The notes: generated by a model not told the origin, from the letters alone. A DNA stretch of 64,000 bases from Dicyema japonicum (GCA_011109175.1 RDEW01000011.1:1012088-1076087), one strand, 5' to 3'. Numbered from the stretch's first letter, positions 12,270 through 25,639 are shown. Numbers and translations: made by a program.

Positions 12270-13545
12270 AGCAAAGACGTCTTTTCTACGAGCAATTTAG
12301 TATTTGGGGTTCTCCAAAAATTTCGGTTCTGAGTAGTCCAAATTACTTGTTCCGTCGTCCTGAGAGTCTTTGTTATCTATTCTCGTATAGATATTATTTA
12401 TTTCCTTCTTTAGCTCCTTAGTTCTTTCGACAAAACCCGTTTTATTCCTGTATGAAACAATCATCGACTCTAAAGTTTTACGTATAACCAATGATTAAAT
12501 ATAGGTTCTTTTGCTTATGTTCAGAGATCTGGAATGTTCCCACGAGTGTGAGGTTACCAATTCATCCCAGGTCAGTACTATTGGGACTTTCGCATGGTGT
12601 ATTGATTTCAGTTCTTTCGATAAAAGGTCATACTTTCTCAATTTTTCGAATTCTACTTGTTGGAGATTTTGGGTTGATGTAATACCCACTTCAACCAAAA
12701 GTATTTGATTTTTCTTTTTATCGTAGATAAACAAATCTGGCTTGTTGTGTTCAATGTTTATATCGGTTTTGATGAAAGTATCAACTCTTTTCCTACATAT
12801 ATTCTCATTCCATTTTGATGGCCCATTTTTTTTCACTGAAATAATCTGATATGTAGCTTGACCAGCATAAATAAGAGTAGAAATTTGATCCATAGAAATT
12901 ATAGAGTTCTTTTTAACCCATTGGCTAATGACACAGTTCAAACACTCCAATAAGTTATTGTCAATCTTGACATAAGGAATCTTTTTGGTTCGGGGTCTCG
13001 AGCTTTGTTCAATTTGCTCGGCAATTATCAATTGTTCCATAAATGTGCGTCGGCAGTGATCGTAAAATTTAGGATCCAGGGACGGTGAAGACATATCAGG
13101 CTTAGAATCTGGGGTAACCTTCGAATCAAGTTCATTGCTTGATAATTGTTTGCGTTCCTAGATGTATATCAGTTTTCTGAACTCAGACATTGTTATTTCC
13201 TCTCCAAACTTAGTCTTAAACCCCTCCAAAAGAATAGCCCATCCACCTCTGGGGACACGACCCAGTCTAGAGCGCATGCTTTCAATAACTGAGGTAGCCC
13301 ATTGTTTTCGACAATCAGCTGTTGAGGAAGACATTATTGCTCGTAGAACCGGAAATTTCGTGTTGTTTTGCTGAGGACGAATCCTAGAAGCATCCGCGTC
13401 GGAAACATGTCGGACAAGCTCGGTGGCCGTTCGATTTTGGTTTTCTTTACTCAATTCGGCGCAGAAGTCTGCATAATCCGATGAATTTAGATGGTTTTTA
13501 TCAACATCAACAACAACCATTAACCAGCCTTCATATATCATAATA
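12270..13545 (-). mobile_element. Internally deleted R4/Dong-type RLE retrotransposon (N-terminus fused to RLE, no RT)
   Basis: ORF 12495-13094 ends in TD..IEHNKPDLFIYDKK..LLVEVGI...EKLRKY..PIVLTW (PD-(D/E)xK RLE); no RT motifs upstream. Confidence 0.75.
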
Positions 13546-13652
13546 AAAAATGTAACAAATTATTTAAGATCAAAAAATTATGTTTTATTTAATGAAATCA
13601 TAAATCGTTCTGTCTTTTATTCCTCTGAATTAGCACTTCTAACTTGTTTGAA

Positions 13653-13770
13653 CAGTCCGACCTCGATTTGGAATGGACCTCGGGGCTGGAACACCTCAGT
13701 TTCTGAAACACTTTGTAGGATCTCTGCCAAAAATACTGAAAACTTCGATTTGGAACTGAATTTATTACTT
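13653..13770. mobile_element. Terminal fragment of a Tigger/pogo-type DNA transposon
   Basis: Starts CAGTCCGACCTCGATTTGGAA; near-exact reverse complement of 32110-32226, the TIR end of the element at 31443-32226. Confidence 0.8.
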
Positions 13771-13829
13771 TTTTTATTCCTTTTGGTTGAGCTGGTGACG
13801 TGGCTCTATTGCACACATGTCTTTTTCGT

Positions 13830-16800
13830 GCTTTTCTTCGGGATCTTTCACTATCAGCTCGTTCAATGTAAGAGGATTAAAGTCGGATACTTAAAAAAGA
13901 AATTACAATGTAACTGTGGCGTGCTTACAGGAAACGAAAGTAAAAGGCGGACTAGATGAAATCGACAATGATTTCCGCCTGATTCTGCACCTTTCGAATT
14001 GCCCACACTACGGCATAGGATTTGCAATACATAAAAAACTGAACAATCGAATCCACAAGACGTGGAGGGTGAGTGATAGAATATCTGTTTTACAATTAAA
14101 ATACGGTAAAAAGAACAATTCCATAATCTCCATTATTAATGTATATGCACCAACTTCAGTGAGAGTATCAATCAATGGAGACGACAAACTAGACGACTTT
14201 TATTCTTCCTTGTCGCAAGTAATGCATCTTTGGAAACATCGTTCATGATATACATTGCCGGAGATTGGAACGCAAAGGCAGGACGTGGGAGTAGTCACGA
14301 GGAATTCATGGGAAGCCATGGAAGAGGGATCAGGAACCAGTCAGGAGAATCGCTTATCGAATTTTGCAATACATTCAAACCATTTCTATGCAATACTGCT
14401 TTCAGGCACTCAGCAAGACATAAGACGACATGGAGCTGCTACCGAAAGGACAAATCTGGGACTATCAAGCTTATATATGACCAAATAGATTACATTATCT
14501 GCAAACAAGCCTACAAGACACTACTAACAGATTCTCGGAGCTACAGTGGGACACTAGTAGATAGTGATCATAGATTGGTTGTGACACGTTTCCTTTTCAA
14601 ACGATATTTTGGGGTTTCCAAAGCGGCTGGCATGAGGATATCTGAAGGGAGGTTCGCAGTGGAGCAACTCTGCATGGCGGGACCGACTCGGGAAAGCTAT
14701 CAAAATACATTGAGAGAAAAGATCAGACAGTGGAATAAAGAAATAATGCCTGGGGAGCGGTGGCAAGACACCACAATGCAATAAAGTGCGCGGCCCATTC
14801 AACAGCTGGAGTAAAATCGAAGCATTTCAACGGACACTATGACCACGAGATCGAAGAACTATCCAAAAACCTGTCAGGACCATGCAAAGGAACACACTAT
14901 AAGAATCATGCGGAACCAAACCCTGTATAAAATAAAGAAAAGAACGAGGGAAATAAAGGAAAATAAACTTGTTGGAATGGCTAAAAAAGTAGAAAGGCTC
15001 AAAAACGGAGCGCAGATGTTCAAGGCTGTTCACCTACTACATAGAGACACGCAGTCATCAAAAATAACAATACATGATCAGTTTGGAAAGACTAAATTTT
15101 ATCGGCCATATCCAGCCATTATCAGCTGGCCTTCAATCAAAACCACGGGGAAAACATCAAACAATTCGATGGTGAAGCACGAGAACTAAATATTCCGATA
15201 ACGATTCTGGTAACAAAAAAAGCCCTGGACAAATTAAACAGCAATAGAGCTGCTGGCTCTGACAACATAAATGCAGAACTTCTCAAATCTACACCGACCG
15301 AGATCTCTGAACTATTAACTGAGATATACAACAAAACATTCAAATATACCATACCTCGAGGGGACCGTCCATATCTTGGACAAATATGAGAAAAATTGAG
15401 GAATTGCAAAAGAGGGTTTACAGAGTAACAGAGAGTTGGATTTTTGAAGATCATCGACCCGGACCTACGCCTCTGGAGGCTCTTATGAGACTAGACTGGA
15501 CATCACGAGAAGTTGGCCCTGAAAATTCAGGCAGCCGTCCTGTACGTTCATGCGCGGGCACGAAGGAAGAACACCGGGCAAAGATGAGGTATCCGTTAAA
15601 ATGCATCGGGGTTACATGATAATTAGTTTTGTTTTACCGTGGGCTTGGGTTAAATAAATAAAAATAAAAATACAACTCACCCCTGGATGTGGGTAATGGC
15701 ACACTAATTGAACTACAAATACCGGGCAAAGCTAAGGGCCCCTTAACGAATTTAAGACCTATCGTACCATTGATGACTCTATGTAAGACACTATCACTTT
15801 TAGTGTTGAATAGGATTGGATCTAACATTGAGAACATTCTCTTTCACGGTCAAAACGGATTCAGGTCAGGGAGATCTACAGCTGATGTGGTCTGGGGACA
15901 TCGATGGCTTTGTGCAACACATCAAAAGTACAAGGGGGCTACTGGCATCATGGACATGTCCAAAGCCTTTGACTCTATACACAGAGGTTGACTTTTCGAT
16001 ATCTTGGAGAATTTGGTTGACGAGGACAGTGTCAGAATGATCCGTCTATTACTTGGAACAACACAGTTAAGTGTACGTTTTGGAAATTTAGAGTCTGTCC
16101 CATTCGAGACAACATTCGGGGTACCGCAGGGAGATTCCTTGTCACCGGTACTTTTTGTGACATATTTGGAGGCGGCACTCAGAGACTTCAGAGTATTAAT
16201 TAGCGACTTACCTCAAACTGAAGTGATTTATGCAGATGATATCGACTATATATCCAGCGAAGAGAAAACATTAAACTATATACGGACAAGGATGCCAGAT
16301 GTGCTAGAAAAATGGTTCATCAAAATCAATACGGAAAAGACGGAGACAACGACCATACGCCGTGAATTAACCCGAACTGATGAAAAATGGAGACACTGTA
16401 AAAAATTGGGGTCGTTGCTCGGAGATGCTGACGATATCACTAACAGGAAAATGGAAAAATGGGAGTAGTCTGGATTCATCGTGAACAAATTAGCACACAA
16501 CTACGTAAAGACTATACAATGCCTTCGTGAAACCGGTCCTAATGTACAACACTGCACAAGCAGTAATGGACAAACTAGATGCCTTCCATCGTAAACAACT
16601 CCGACTGTTGCTTGACATCAACTGGCCAAAAAAATTACAAACAAGAATCTATACAAAATATGCAAGACCATTGAGTCTGGATATCCATGAACAAGATGGC
16701 GTCTATTCGGTCACATCCATCGGATGAGCCAGTTGACGGCTACTAAAATAGCAATGGAGAACTATTTCTGCCAAGAAGTGAATACCTCGTTCCGTGGAAG

Positions 16801-16840
16801 ACCTCGCATAACTTTGCCAGAGGTTCTACAAAAGGACCTG
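13830..16840 (+). mobile_element. RTE-clade LINE (APE + RT), decayed and interrupted
   Basis: SFNVRG, ACLQETK, INVYAPT, IAGDWNA, QIDYI, SDHRLV; RT GVPQGDSLSPVLF, YADD; C-terminal RGRPRITLPEVL. Confidence 0.9.
15347..15670 (+). mobile_element. 5'-truncated APE-LINE 3' end inserted in the RTE
   Basis: ORF ends ..KCIGVT* followed by a TAAA/TAAAA tail; homologous to 46210-46500; RTE RT sequence resumes after it. Confidence 0.75.
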
Positions 16841-17330
16841 ACTTCAAAAAGGAAGATTGTTATCCCATCTGAGGCAAACGCGTCAGTGCAGGTGACGTCC
16901 CAGACAAGAGGTTTCCCGACTTCAAAAAGGAAGATTGTCATCCCATCTGGTCGTTTCCCGTCCCGCCTGCAAAGACCTACTGGTTCGAGCATGGAGGGGT
17001 ATCCAGTGGCGTCCAAAGCTCGCCTAACGACTTCGTTCAAGGCCATGAGCCTGGAAAATCTGCCTGCACTCTTCCTGCAGGATAGAGGGTGTAGGCCAAA
17101 ACTATTGATCTGGTTTCCACATCGGCACGGATATGGAACACAGACTTTTAATCTCAGTCTTAATGAGATCCCAATCAGGAAAGGTACTCGACTCATCATC
17201 CAGAAAGGTACCCAAAACTCCTTTGGGAAAGGCGTTGAGCAAAGCACCGCTGTCGGAAGACGCCCCCGACAACAAACAAGCATGGCGATGTTGGCTAGAT
17301 GACACCAGCAAATCTTCTAAAGAATTCCAG
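16840..17330 (-). mobile_element. CRE-clade RLE-region fragment
   Basis: CVPYPCRCG..FGLHPLSC..RPDG..LVWDVTC; highly similar to 25960-26400. Confidence 0.85.
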
Positions 17331-17337
17331 CATTTTA

Positions 17338-20187
17338 TTATTATTATTATTATTACCCCCAGGATCACTGGGTCAAAGAGAAAGAAATAAAAGTTCTCAT
17401 CTAACTAAGTGATCCCAGACAGACAAAGGTGAGGACGAGTCCGGCGAGGTCGAGAATCCTGAACAGCTCTTCTCATTGGACATGGCATCGGCTCAAAATT
17501 TCTGTATGATTGTAGATAATTCGATAGTATTTGAAATAGAGGGCAGCTCGATAGAACAGCCTCCTTTAATAGTTTCCGTTGTAGTTCAATTAAAAAGTTT
17601 TCAATAGGTTGGATATTGTTATCTGGTCCAATTAACCTTATTGCAGTCTCTTCGATTGCAGATAATTTCAATGAGGAAGATAGTGACATTTGCTTTGCCC
17701 ATGAAGGACTTGCATACGTCATCGTTGGTCGATAAATTGTTTGTAGATCGTGGCAAGGATCCCAGTTTGATCTCTAAGTGTTTTTGAGAGCACTTTTAAA
17801 ATTCTTATTTTTTTCAGAGCAGAAGTTATTTGTTTTCAACATACCGTATAAAGGTAAGTCTCTGATCAAAAGTTACTCACAGAATCTTCGGTGTTTTGTT
17901 AATAGAGATACCTTCGTTCTTCATAAAGATTTTTGGTTCGATACAGAGCTGTCTCTTGTAGGTGGTAAACAGTGTGACAAAGGACTTTGCTGCTGATGTG
18001 TCAAGTCTCCGCTTCGAGAGCCATAGTTCCAAGTTGTCGAGCATTTGTTGAGCCAACTGAGTCGCTGATTGAATGCTTCTGTTCTTGGAGGCAAAAATGA
18101 TATCGTCGGCATAGGAGAGGATTAGACAGTTTTCATTACAGGTTTGTGGCATGTCGTTTATGTAGAGATTGAAGAGTAGGGGTGATAGTGGTGAGCCTTG
18201 AGGGACTCCATTTAGGAAATAGCGAGATCTTGATTTGATGTTGTTGCAGAGTACTTGTGCTCGTCTTCCATTTAGGAAGTTTCCAAGCCAAAGTTTCAGG
18301 TTCGGATAGATGTTGGTTTCGTATATTTTCTTTGTTGGGAGTTTCCTAGTGACTGAGTCGAACGTTTTTGTGATGTCCACGGATATAATTACTGTCCTCT
18401 GATGGGGTTTGGGGGAGTTAAATCCTTCCGCAATGAATTGTGTGAGGGTTGTAAGATGTGTTGTTGTCGAATGGTTATCTTGGTATCCGTGCTGGGTCGG
18501 AGGTATTGAGATTGAATCTTGTATTTTTTCCAAAACAAGCCTTTCAAGGATTCTTGAGACCGGATTTAGAATAGATATTGGGCGATAGGAAAATGGTTCA
18601 TCTATTGGTTTGTTGGGTTTTCGGATAGGTCTGATTAGAGACTTCTTCCATATTCCAGGGATTGTATTTGTGTTAATGGATAGGTTTAAGATATAGGCTG
18701 ATAGTTCCAGGGCTCGATGGTCTAGGTGCTTCAGTTCACATGTGGTTATGTTGTCTGGTTCTTTGGCCTCTGAGTTGTTGGCCTTGGATATGGCTCTGCG
18801 AACATCCTGACTAGTAAATAGGATCCAGTCATCGGAGCGTTTCGGTTCAATCTTTTTCAGGAATACTTGGTGTTCTTTTGAAAACTTCCTGTAGGATATT
18901 GATGTGTAATATTTTATCAGAGTGTCTGGTTTTATGTAGACTTCGACTTTTCTCTCTGGGGAGGGTCTTTTGATGTTTTTGATCCACTTCCACACTCTTT
19001 GCATTGGGGGGTTTTTGTAGAGAGCTTTCGATCTGTCTTTATGTTGTTGTCGATCTCTCTGTTCAATTCTCGTATTTTCCTGATGTTCTCTTCTGTTGGC
19101 GATTTTACCATCTTTAGATTATTTCGTTCTCTGATCAGATGTTTCGTCGTTGTGTTAAAACGTTTTGATGACGTTGGTTGTCTCCCCATAGGAATGTACT
19201 TCTTTTTCGCATCGTTTATAATGGAGTTGAACCATTTCACTAATTGTTCGACGGAGGGAAAAGTGGAGAAATTTAATAGTCCAATACAATTGTCGACGTA
19301 TTCCTTGAATCCTTTCCAATTCGCAAAGCTGTAGTTAGTTATTGTTGGGCATTGTCCTTTTATTCGTGACCTTGTTTTGACCTCCAGAAATATTGGGTTG
19401 TGGTCACTACTGGTGTCATACTTCACTGACCAGTCAATAAGTGGGGCCAAGGACGGTGGTGACAATGAGATGTCGATAGAAGAAGGTTTATCATTACGTC
19501 GAATAGGTGTTCTTGTATGAGATGCAGGATCGTTGAGTATACATAGGCTGTGGAGGTACTCAATTATCATCTTCCCTCTTTTGTCGTAGGTTTGTCCTGT
19601 CAGCCACAGTTGGTGCTTCGCATTGAAGTCACCACAGATAATCACATCCTTTAGTGACGCGAGAGGAGTGAGTCTGGGGGCACTGGACGAGCAGGAACTC
19701 AGTGGTGGGAGATATGCGTTGACAATTGTTATTGATAGTCTTGGGAATCGTATTTTGGTAACCAAAAGTTTGAGATTTCCATATCCTTTAAGCATAGTGT
19801 AAGCACTGTTGGTTATGTCCTCAAACGGAATGCCGTTGTGGATAACTGTGAGAAGACCCTTACCAAGTTTGCCAATTCTGTCACGGCGAATTACTGTGAA
19901 TCCCGGAAATACTGGTGTTGAATTCTTTGGAGAAAGTTTAGATTCTTGAATTAGCAACAGATCAATGTGATTTTCTTTCACAAATGTCAGAAGTTCGAGT
20001 ATTTTGTTCTTGATTCCATTTATGTTCAGTTGGACTATTCTGGCAAGTCCAGAGTTTGCCTCAACGTCCCCGCAGCGGCGCAGGCCTTCCTTATTGGTCC
20101 ACCCGTTAAGATAGGGAAAAGTGTGGTTTTTTTTTCAAATGCCACCACGTCGTCGGCGAGCCACATGACATTTTTTTCAGCATTTAA
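17338..20187 (-). mobile_element. Full-length ~2.85-kb single-ORF LINE (2A-like leader + APE + RT) with 11-bp TSD; frameshifted
   Basis: TSD CCAGCATTTTA at 17327-17337 and 20188-20198; (TAA)n tail. APE ORF 18932-19981 (IQESK, CGDFNA, SDHNP); RT ORF 17877-19004 (GVPQGSPLSPLLF, YADD); ends LSGIT*. Confidence 0.92.
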
Positions 20188-20198
20188 CCAGCATTTTA

Positions 20199-20752
20199 CT
20201 ATGAGTTTGAAAGCTTCTCGTTGCAATTATACACGGCTTAATAAAAAGACATTTATTAACAATAAAATATTATTTATTAACTATGGGGGAGAGCGGCTGT
20301 TGACATTACGGAGTAAGCGTTTCCGTGGACAACTGCGATCCCAATTCGTTGCCTCAGCCAGACCGCTTCCCGCACGTCTTTCTTGCAGTGGACCAATTTC
20401 CCCCCGAAAGGCTTAATTGTTTACAAATATTCGAAATTTTGAGATATAAAGACAAGAATAATACTACATCGTGGCAAACAATCGCTCACAGATTTTCTGT
20501 CGAATTACAAAAAAAAACAGTGAATAATATTCTTAATTCCCGAGAGTCCATATTAAACAAATATAAAACTTATTTTCCTTCATCAAAGACATGTAAATCG
20601 TTAAAATTTCCTGAACTTGATACTAAGCTTGTTGAATGAATGTATTTGATTGAATCTAAGGGTATTTTTTAATTTTTTAACTGTCAAATACACTAGAATT
20701 ATCAATTCCGAAGCTTTTGAATTCAGTTTTGTATGTTAACACAGGTCACAAA
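20199..20752 (+). mobile_element. Tigger/pogo (CENP-B-like HTH) transposase N-terminal remnant
   Basis: RLNCLQIFEIL..IAHRF..TVNNIL..KFPELDTKLVE; paralogous to 26400-26880. Confidence 0.65.
20243..20409 (-). mobile_element. 167-bp 5'-truncated CRE-type insertion with 8-bp TSD
   Basis: GGCTTAAT at 20235-20242 and 20410-20417. Encodes VREAVWLRQRIGIAVVHGNAYSV. The empty site is visible in the paralog at ~26448. Confidence 0.8.
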
Positions 20753-21589
20753 AACTTGATACTAAGCTTGTTGAATGAATGTATTTGATTGAATCTAAGG
20801 GTATTTTTTAATTTTTTAACTGTCAAATACACTAGAATTATCAATTCCGAAGCTTTTGAATTCAGTTTTGTATGTTAACACAGGTCACAAATGCACCTGT
20901 AGAACCAGACAGCATTCTCAGTAGAGCATTCTCTGTCATGGAGGCAAAAATTTCTTGACTTTAAGAGATATTCGGTTGATGATAATCAAAGATAACACCC
21001 TTCTTATTGTTTTCAGTAATATCACTGGCCTCAGATTTTGTAATGGTCGTTTTCTTTTTCCTGGTTTATTCAAAAGGACTAAAATCCCATCTCCAAGCTT
21101 CAAAAGAGAATTTTTTCATATACGTAGTTGAATATTTTTGTTATAAGAGCTATGCTTTTTATGGTAGCATATTTAATCATCTCTCCATGTATATTATTCA
21201 GCAGTTAGTTAATGATGGGCACGTGAGTCTCATCAATACTAATTGGTAGATTTAAGTTACTCGATGATTTCTCAAATGGATAATAGCTTCCATTTCTGTT
21301 CAATCGTTTACAAAAATGGTCAGCACTAATCTCAGTTTTTTTATTGTCGACTACAATTTCTGATCGCCTTAAACAAAAATTTTTATAGGTTGGATACTCA
21401 TTTGTAATAAACGAACAAGGAACATTTAGTCCCTCCCATATCTCAATTTTTCAATTTCTTGGAAACGTTAGTCAATTTTCCTGACATACATTTACCTTTT
21501 TATTTTCTTTATCTCATAATCCGGTTCCTCTCTCTACTTAAGTAAACAAAAAAATTAATTTTTTTTAATAAAATAATTTTTTAGCAAAG

Positions 21590-21875
21590 AAACAAATGTC
21601 AGTTGAGGAAGCCTGCTGCGTGAATTGCGAACGAGTTCCCTCGGAGTATGGCCAATCCAATCTTTTGTCTTAGCCATAACCCTTTTCGTTGATCCCTTTT
21701 CTTTCTGGCAAGCATTCCTCCGAGTTCTCACAAGAACTCAGCCGTCATTTGACCAACGGCTCCTGATGATTCGGTCGCAACAGGAGTAAATCGGTAGCGG
21801 TCCCCGAGGTCCGAATATTTCTTGATTTTTAGGTTCTCCGCAGTCGAAGCAGCTGCTCCATGTGTCTGAACCGAT
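21590..21875 (-). mobile_element. CRE-type 3' fragment (second family)
   Basis: AENLKIKKYSDL..FTPVATESSG..WLRQKIGLAILRGN; related copy at 52560-52835. Confidence 0.8.
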
Positions 21876-22284
21876 TAGAAAATATTCGTGCTTGAAAAAA
21901 ATAATTAATTCTAAAGCTGGACACTACTGAAGAAATTTAAAATTTTCGTGTCTGTCGTCATCTAATAATAACACTACTTTAGAAATTTAAAATTTTCGAC
22001 CTCTTAGTGACTAACCCACATGAGCATTATCATATCCTGGAGGTTCCCAACCTTTACTCAGATATCATGATAATCTCATGTTACCTAATTCGGACTTAAC
22101 TAAAGAAATTGAAATATGCATAAAAAACCGATTGCGGACAAACACACAAACTTAATAACTAATCTCAGCATTAAGGAATTATCACCTACGATTTGTAGAA
22201 AAAGTTATTTATTTCAAAGGGACATGAACTGGAAAATTGTGATAATTATATTTTAAAAAGATTATAACAATATAAACCACCACA

Positions 22285-24719
22285 TTAACACCCACTCATT
22301 TCCTTATCGGCTAAATAAATTAGTAAATCATCATGTTCATTCTTCAAATGTTCATACCACAATCTCATCTGTTGTGCCTCATCATTCTTAGTATAATACG
22401 CTGACTGCCAGTTCTACAAATCACAATCAACAATAACCTGCAAATCAAAACTTAGTGACTCCAATTGGCCCTCAATCCATGAAATATTAGATTTTAGTCT
22501 TTCAATCTCGTTTTCTAAAGTAGTCTTCTCAGTCTTTAATCTCTCAATTTCTTCTTGTCCTACTGATTTTTTATTAATATTTGTTAGCTGCAGGTCCTCA
22601 CTACAGCCTCGATTCTCAGAGCCAATTTCGTCCATTTTTGCTTTTATATTATTACATCAGTTAAACCACGTGTCATAATCACAGCATCAACAAACTTTGG
22701 GTCCAAACTAAGCGAATCTTGATCAACGTGAATATCCTTAGAAGCACAACATCCTAAAAACACACTAGAATGACAAAAAAGGTATATTCTATCCAAAAAG
22801 CAAGTGGTTGAACCACAACCTCGAATCACAAACTCAACAATGTCATTCCTAATTTTAATTTATGACATCCACCTTTTATATCCAACCACTGAATCTTCAT
22901 TATAAACCACCAATAATGCCAGCAATACAGAACAAATCCCAGTTTTAAGAGAATCGGGTTCCCCACTACAGACTCGTCCTATCAACTACAATAAGCCTAC
23001 TTCATTACAAAATTCATAAATTTATCCATCTTAAGCATTGACTCCACCGCTTTAGGACAGTCTCGTACCCACGTGGATAACAAAGAAATTAGTCCGCCAG
23101 TAACAAACAGAGAAATATCTTTCATAACAATCTCAGCACAGTGACACATCAGCAGAGAAGGTGGAAGGTGAGGACTGGTGGACAGCTGGACTCGCAGTAA
23201 GTCAGTTTTTAACTCATTTTTATCACAAAGACAGCTGGAAATAATCACTGCGCTCAGAAACACGGAAAGATTATCAGAACTGAGCAGCCCACTGCACAGT
23301 TTTTTCCCAGCAGATATAAAATTATCTGAACTAACCCAAGTCACTCACTCTTAACAGCAGCAGCGGGTAGAAATGTCTCAATTATTGAAGTTTTGGCCTC
23401 TTCGTTATTAAGAAGAAAAGATCGTAGACAATTTGTGAGTGATATACGGACACTAGTTGACCTCTCAGAGTCCATAATCCAAGTTGTCAAAGTCGTTGAT
23501 GGAGTTCTCGTAGTTAAAAAAAGAATACTTTCCAGATAATGGAAGAAAGGAGTTTTCGAAAATTTTCTGACAAAATTTGGAACCTCTAATAAGAGGACAA
23601 ATTGTATCCAAAAACTGAATGCTCAGAATAAAAACAACCAGAGAGAAGAGATCATGTGGAAGGTCGGCACGGAAGGTCAACTCAACGATAACTTTAAGGA
23701 GGCCTGATTGAGCTATTGTGGTTTGAAAGTTTTGAATATTTAATTTGGTGTTATTTTCGTTCACAATTTCATCCAAAATCTATCAGATTATAAGCACGTG
23801 AACTTGTAGCAATTTTTCAACACATGTGATGCTAATAAAGCCAAATTCATTGAGATTTAAAAATAGTATGAAATCTCTTAAATAGTTTCCCTCTACAAGT
23901 GTAGTCTTATTGGAAGAATTCGACAATATCAAATTGAGAATCAACTGTAAGGCCGACTCAACCATATGTCCTTAAATATAATAAAATAATAACCCCCATT
24001 GGAGAAACCTTCCAGTTTTATCATATTCAAAGCCCTTGTAAAACCATTGTGGAAGACAATCAGTTTCTTTATCTCATCATCACACGTGGACAGAAGCACC
24101 AACAAATTGAGCGTCGAGCAACGAATGTAATCCCAATTATCCTCCAGTAGGTCGGTAAGCACAGAAAACACAGAGGATGAACTGTCGAACATCAACATTC
24201 CTAATTTCGAAGGAAACCGATTAGAGAGATTGTAGAGAACCTGAAGAGAGTAGCGACGGATATTTTTGTCGGGGTTCTGGTGGTTATATGATAATTACTG
24301 TGAGTGCATTCATAACAGAAAATAAGACTGGTGTAGAGTAGATTATGGATTTTTGACAAATAAAACTGATAGAGTTATCATCTTTATTATAAAGTTAACA
24401 AACCCTGATTCTCATCGGACATTACATCAATCAACAAACGAAAGCACAACGACAACATCTCAGTAATTTCCCTTAACATTAATTAATAAAACAACGAATC
24501 TTGTAATAACACTTTGAGTATAATTTCCACGTGATCGTCATGAATTAAGGCAATATAGTCTTTCACCAGTGTTAACAGAGATTTCAAAGAGTCCCGTCTG
24601 TCTTGTAACTGAGAACACGTGTTAAGACGGGAAAATAACTGATTTATCTTTAATAATGAGCTTTAAGTTACAATTTGTTCTGGTTGGCTGTCATTCTTGT
24701 CAGATGACTTATTCCACAT
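22285..24719 (-). CDS. USO1: General vesicular transport factor p115/USO1, 14 exons
   Basis: Spliced product has QLQDRRDSLKSL, LTDLLED..YIR, IKKLIVFHNGF..EGFSNGGHMVE, ISAGKKLCSGL and C-terminal EHDDLLIYLAD. 13 GT-AG introns of 22-26 nt restore the frame. Confidence 0.9.
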
Positions 24720-24939
24720 ATTATAAATAAAGGACATTTAAACAACAAAATAGTGTTACGTTATTTGATTTTCATTAATTAAAAAATTTTTAAATTATTT
24801 TTACATAATTTATATTTAAATATTATTTAGTTTCTCATAAAATGATAAACAATATGAAAGTTTTCTTTATAAAATTTGATTTAAGATGTAATGGTTCACT
24901 TCGCGATGTCATTTGGATGTGTTTATGTTTTACATAGCA

Positions 24940-25420
24940 CTCAGAAAAAAAGAGTCGCTTACTTCCACTATCGGTTTTTCCAAAGGAGTACTCGATGGCG
25001 GCTGTCGAGCAGGCACTAAAATTTCGCTCCAATGAGATCCTCCAAACGTCGGAAGATATCGACTCAAACCACGGACCGAACAAAATTAGAATCCTACAAC
25101 TGAATATCATTGGAATTATACCAAGTACACTGAGCTCGCAGACTAGCTAGCGAGACACAAAATTGATATTGCATTTTCTGCAAGAATCCAGACTATCCAT
25201 CATTTCGCATACACTGAGATTTACAGACTACTCACTTTTGTGGGTTGGTCGCCTCATGCATTCTTTCCTCCCTTTCATCTACACTACCCGCCATACAAAA
25301 ATGCAAGCATCAGGTAACCACATCTAAGTAATTACCATTGCACTATGTCTTATTCGTATTCCTTACCGACTTCTCCGTTCACTCTGGGATCTTTTAATTG
25401 CAGAAGACTTAAATAACCTT
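24940..25420 (+). mobile_element. 5' fragment of an APE LINE with decayed 2A-like leader
   Basis: ATG at 24995: MAAVEQALKFRSNEILQTSEDIDSNHGP-NKIRILQLNIIG, then IDIAF/LQES. Confidence 0.7.
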
Positions 25421-25639
25421 ACAGAAACACCAACTGGCATCTAACAAAATATGACATTTGATTAGCTGTGTTACAATAGTGTGGGCAGCATCTGACATTA
25501 TAATGGAAATGGCGGACACATGGACTACCTAGAAAACTAATGCGCAACGGAAGATCATGGTCGGAGCTGACGGAGAGGATGATTTGGAATACGGCACAAT
25601 GGAAACTTAACTAATTTTATGTTTTCTCAGGAGTGTTTT

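Noticed and set aside
18932-19004. Programmed frameshift between the APE and RT ORFs
   Set aside because: No canonical slippery heptamer and the linker looks deleted; decay is the simpler explanation.
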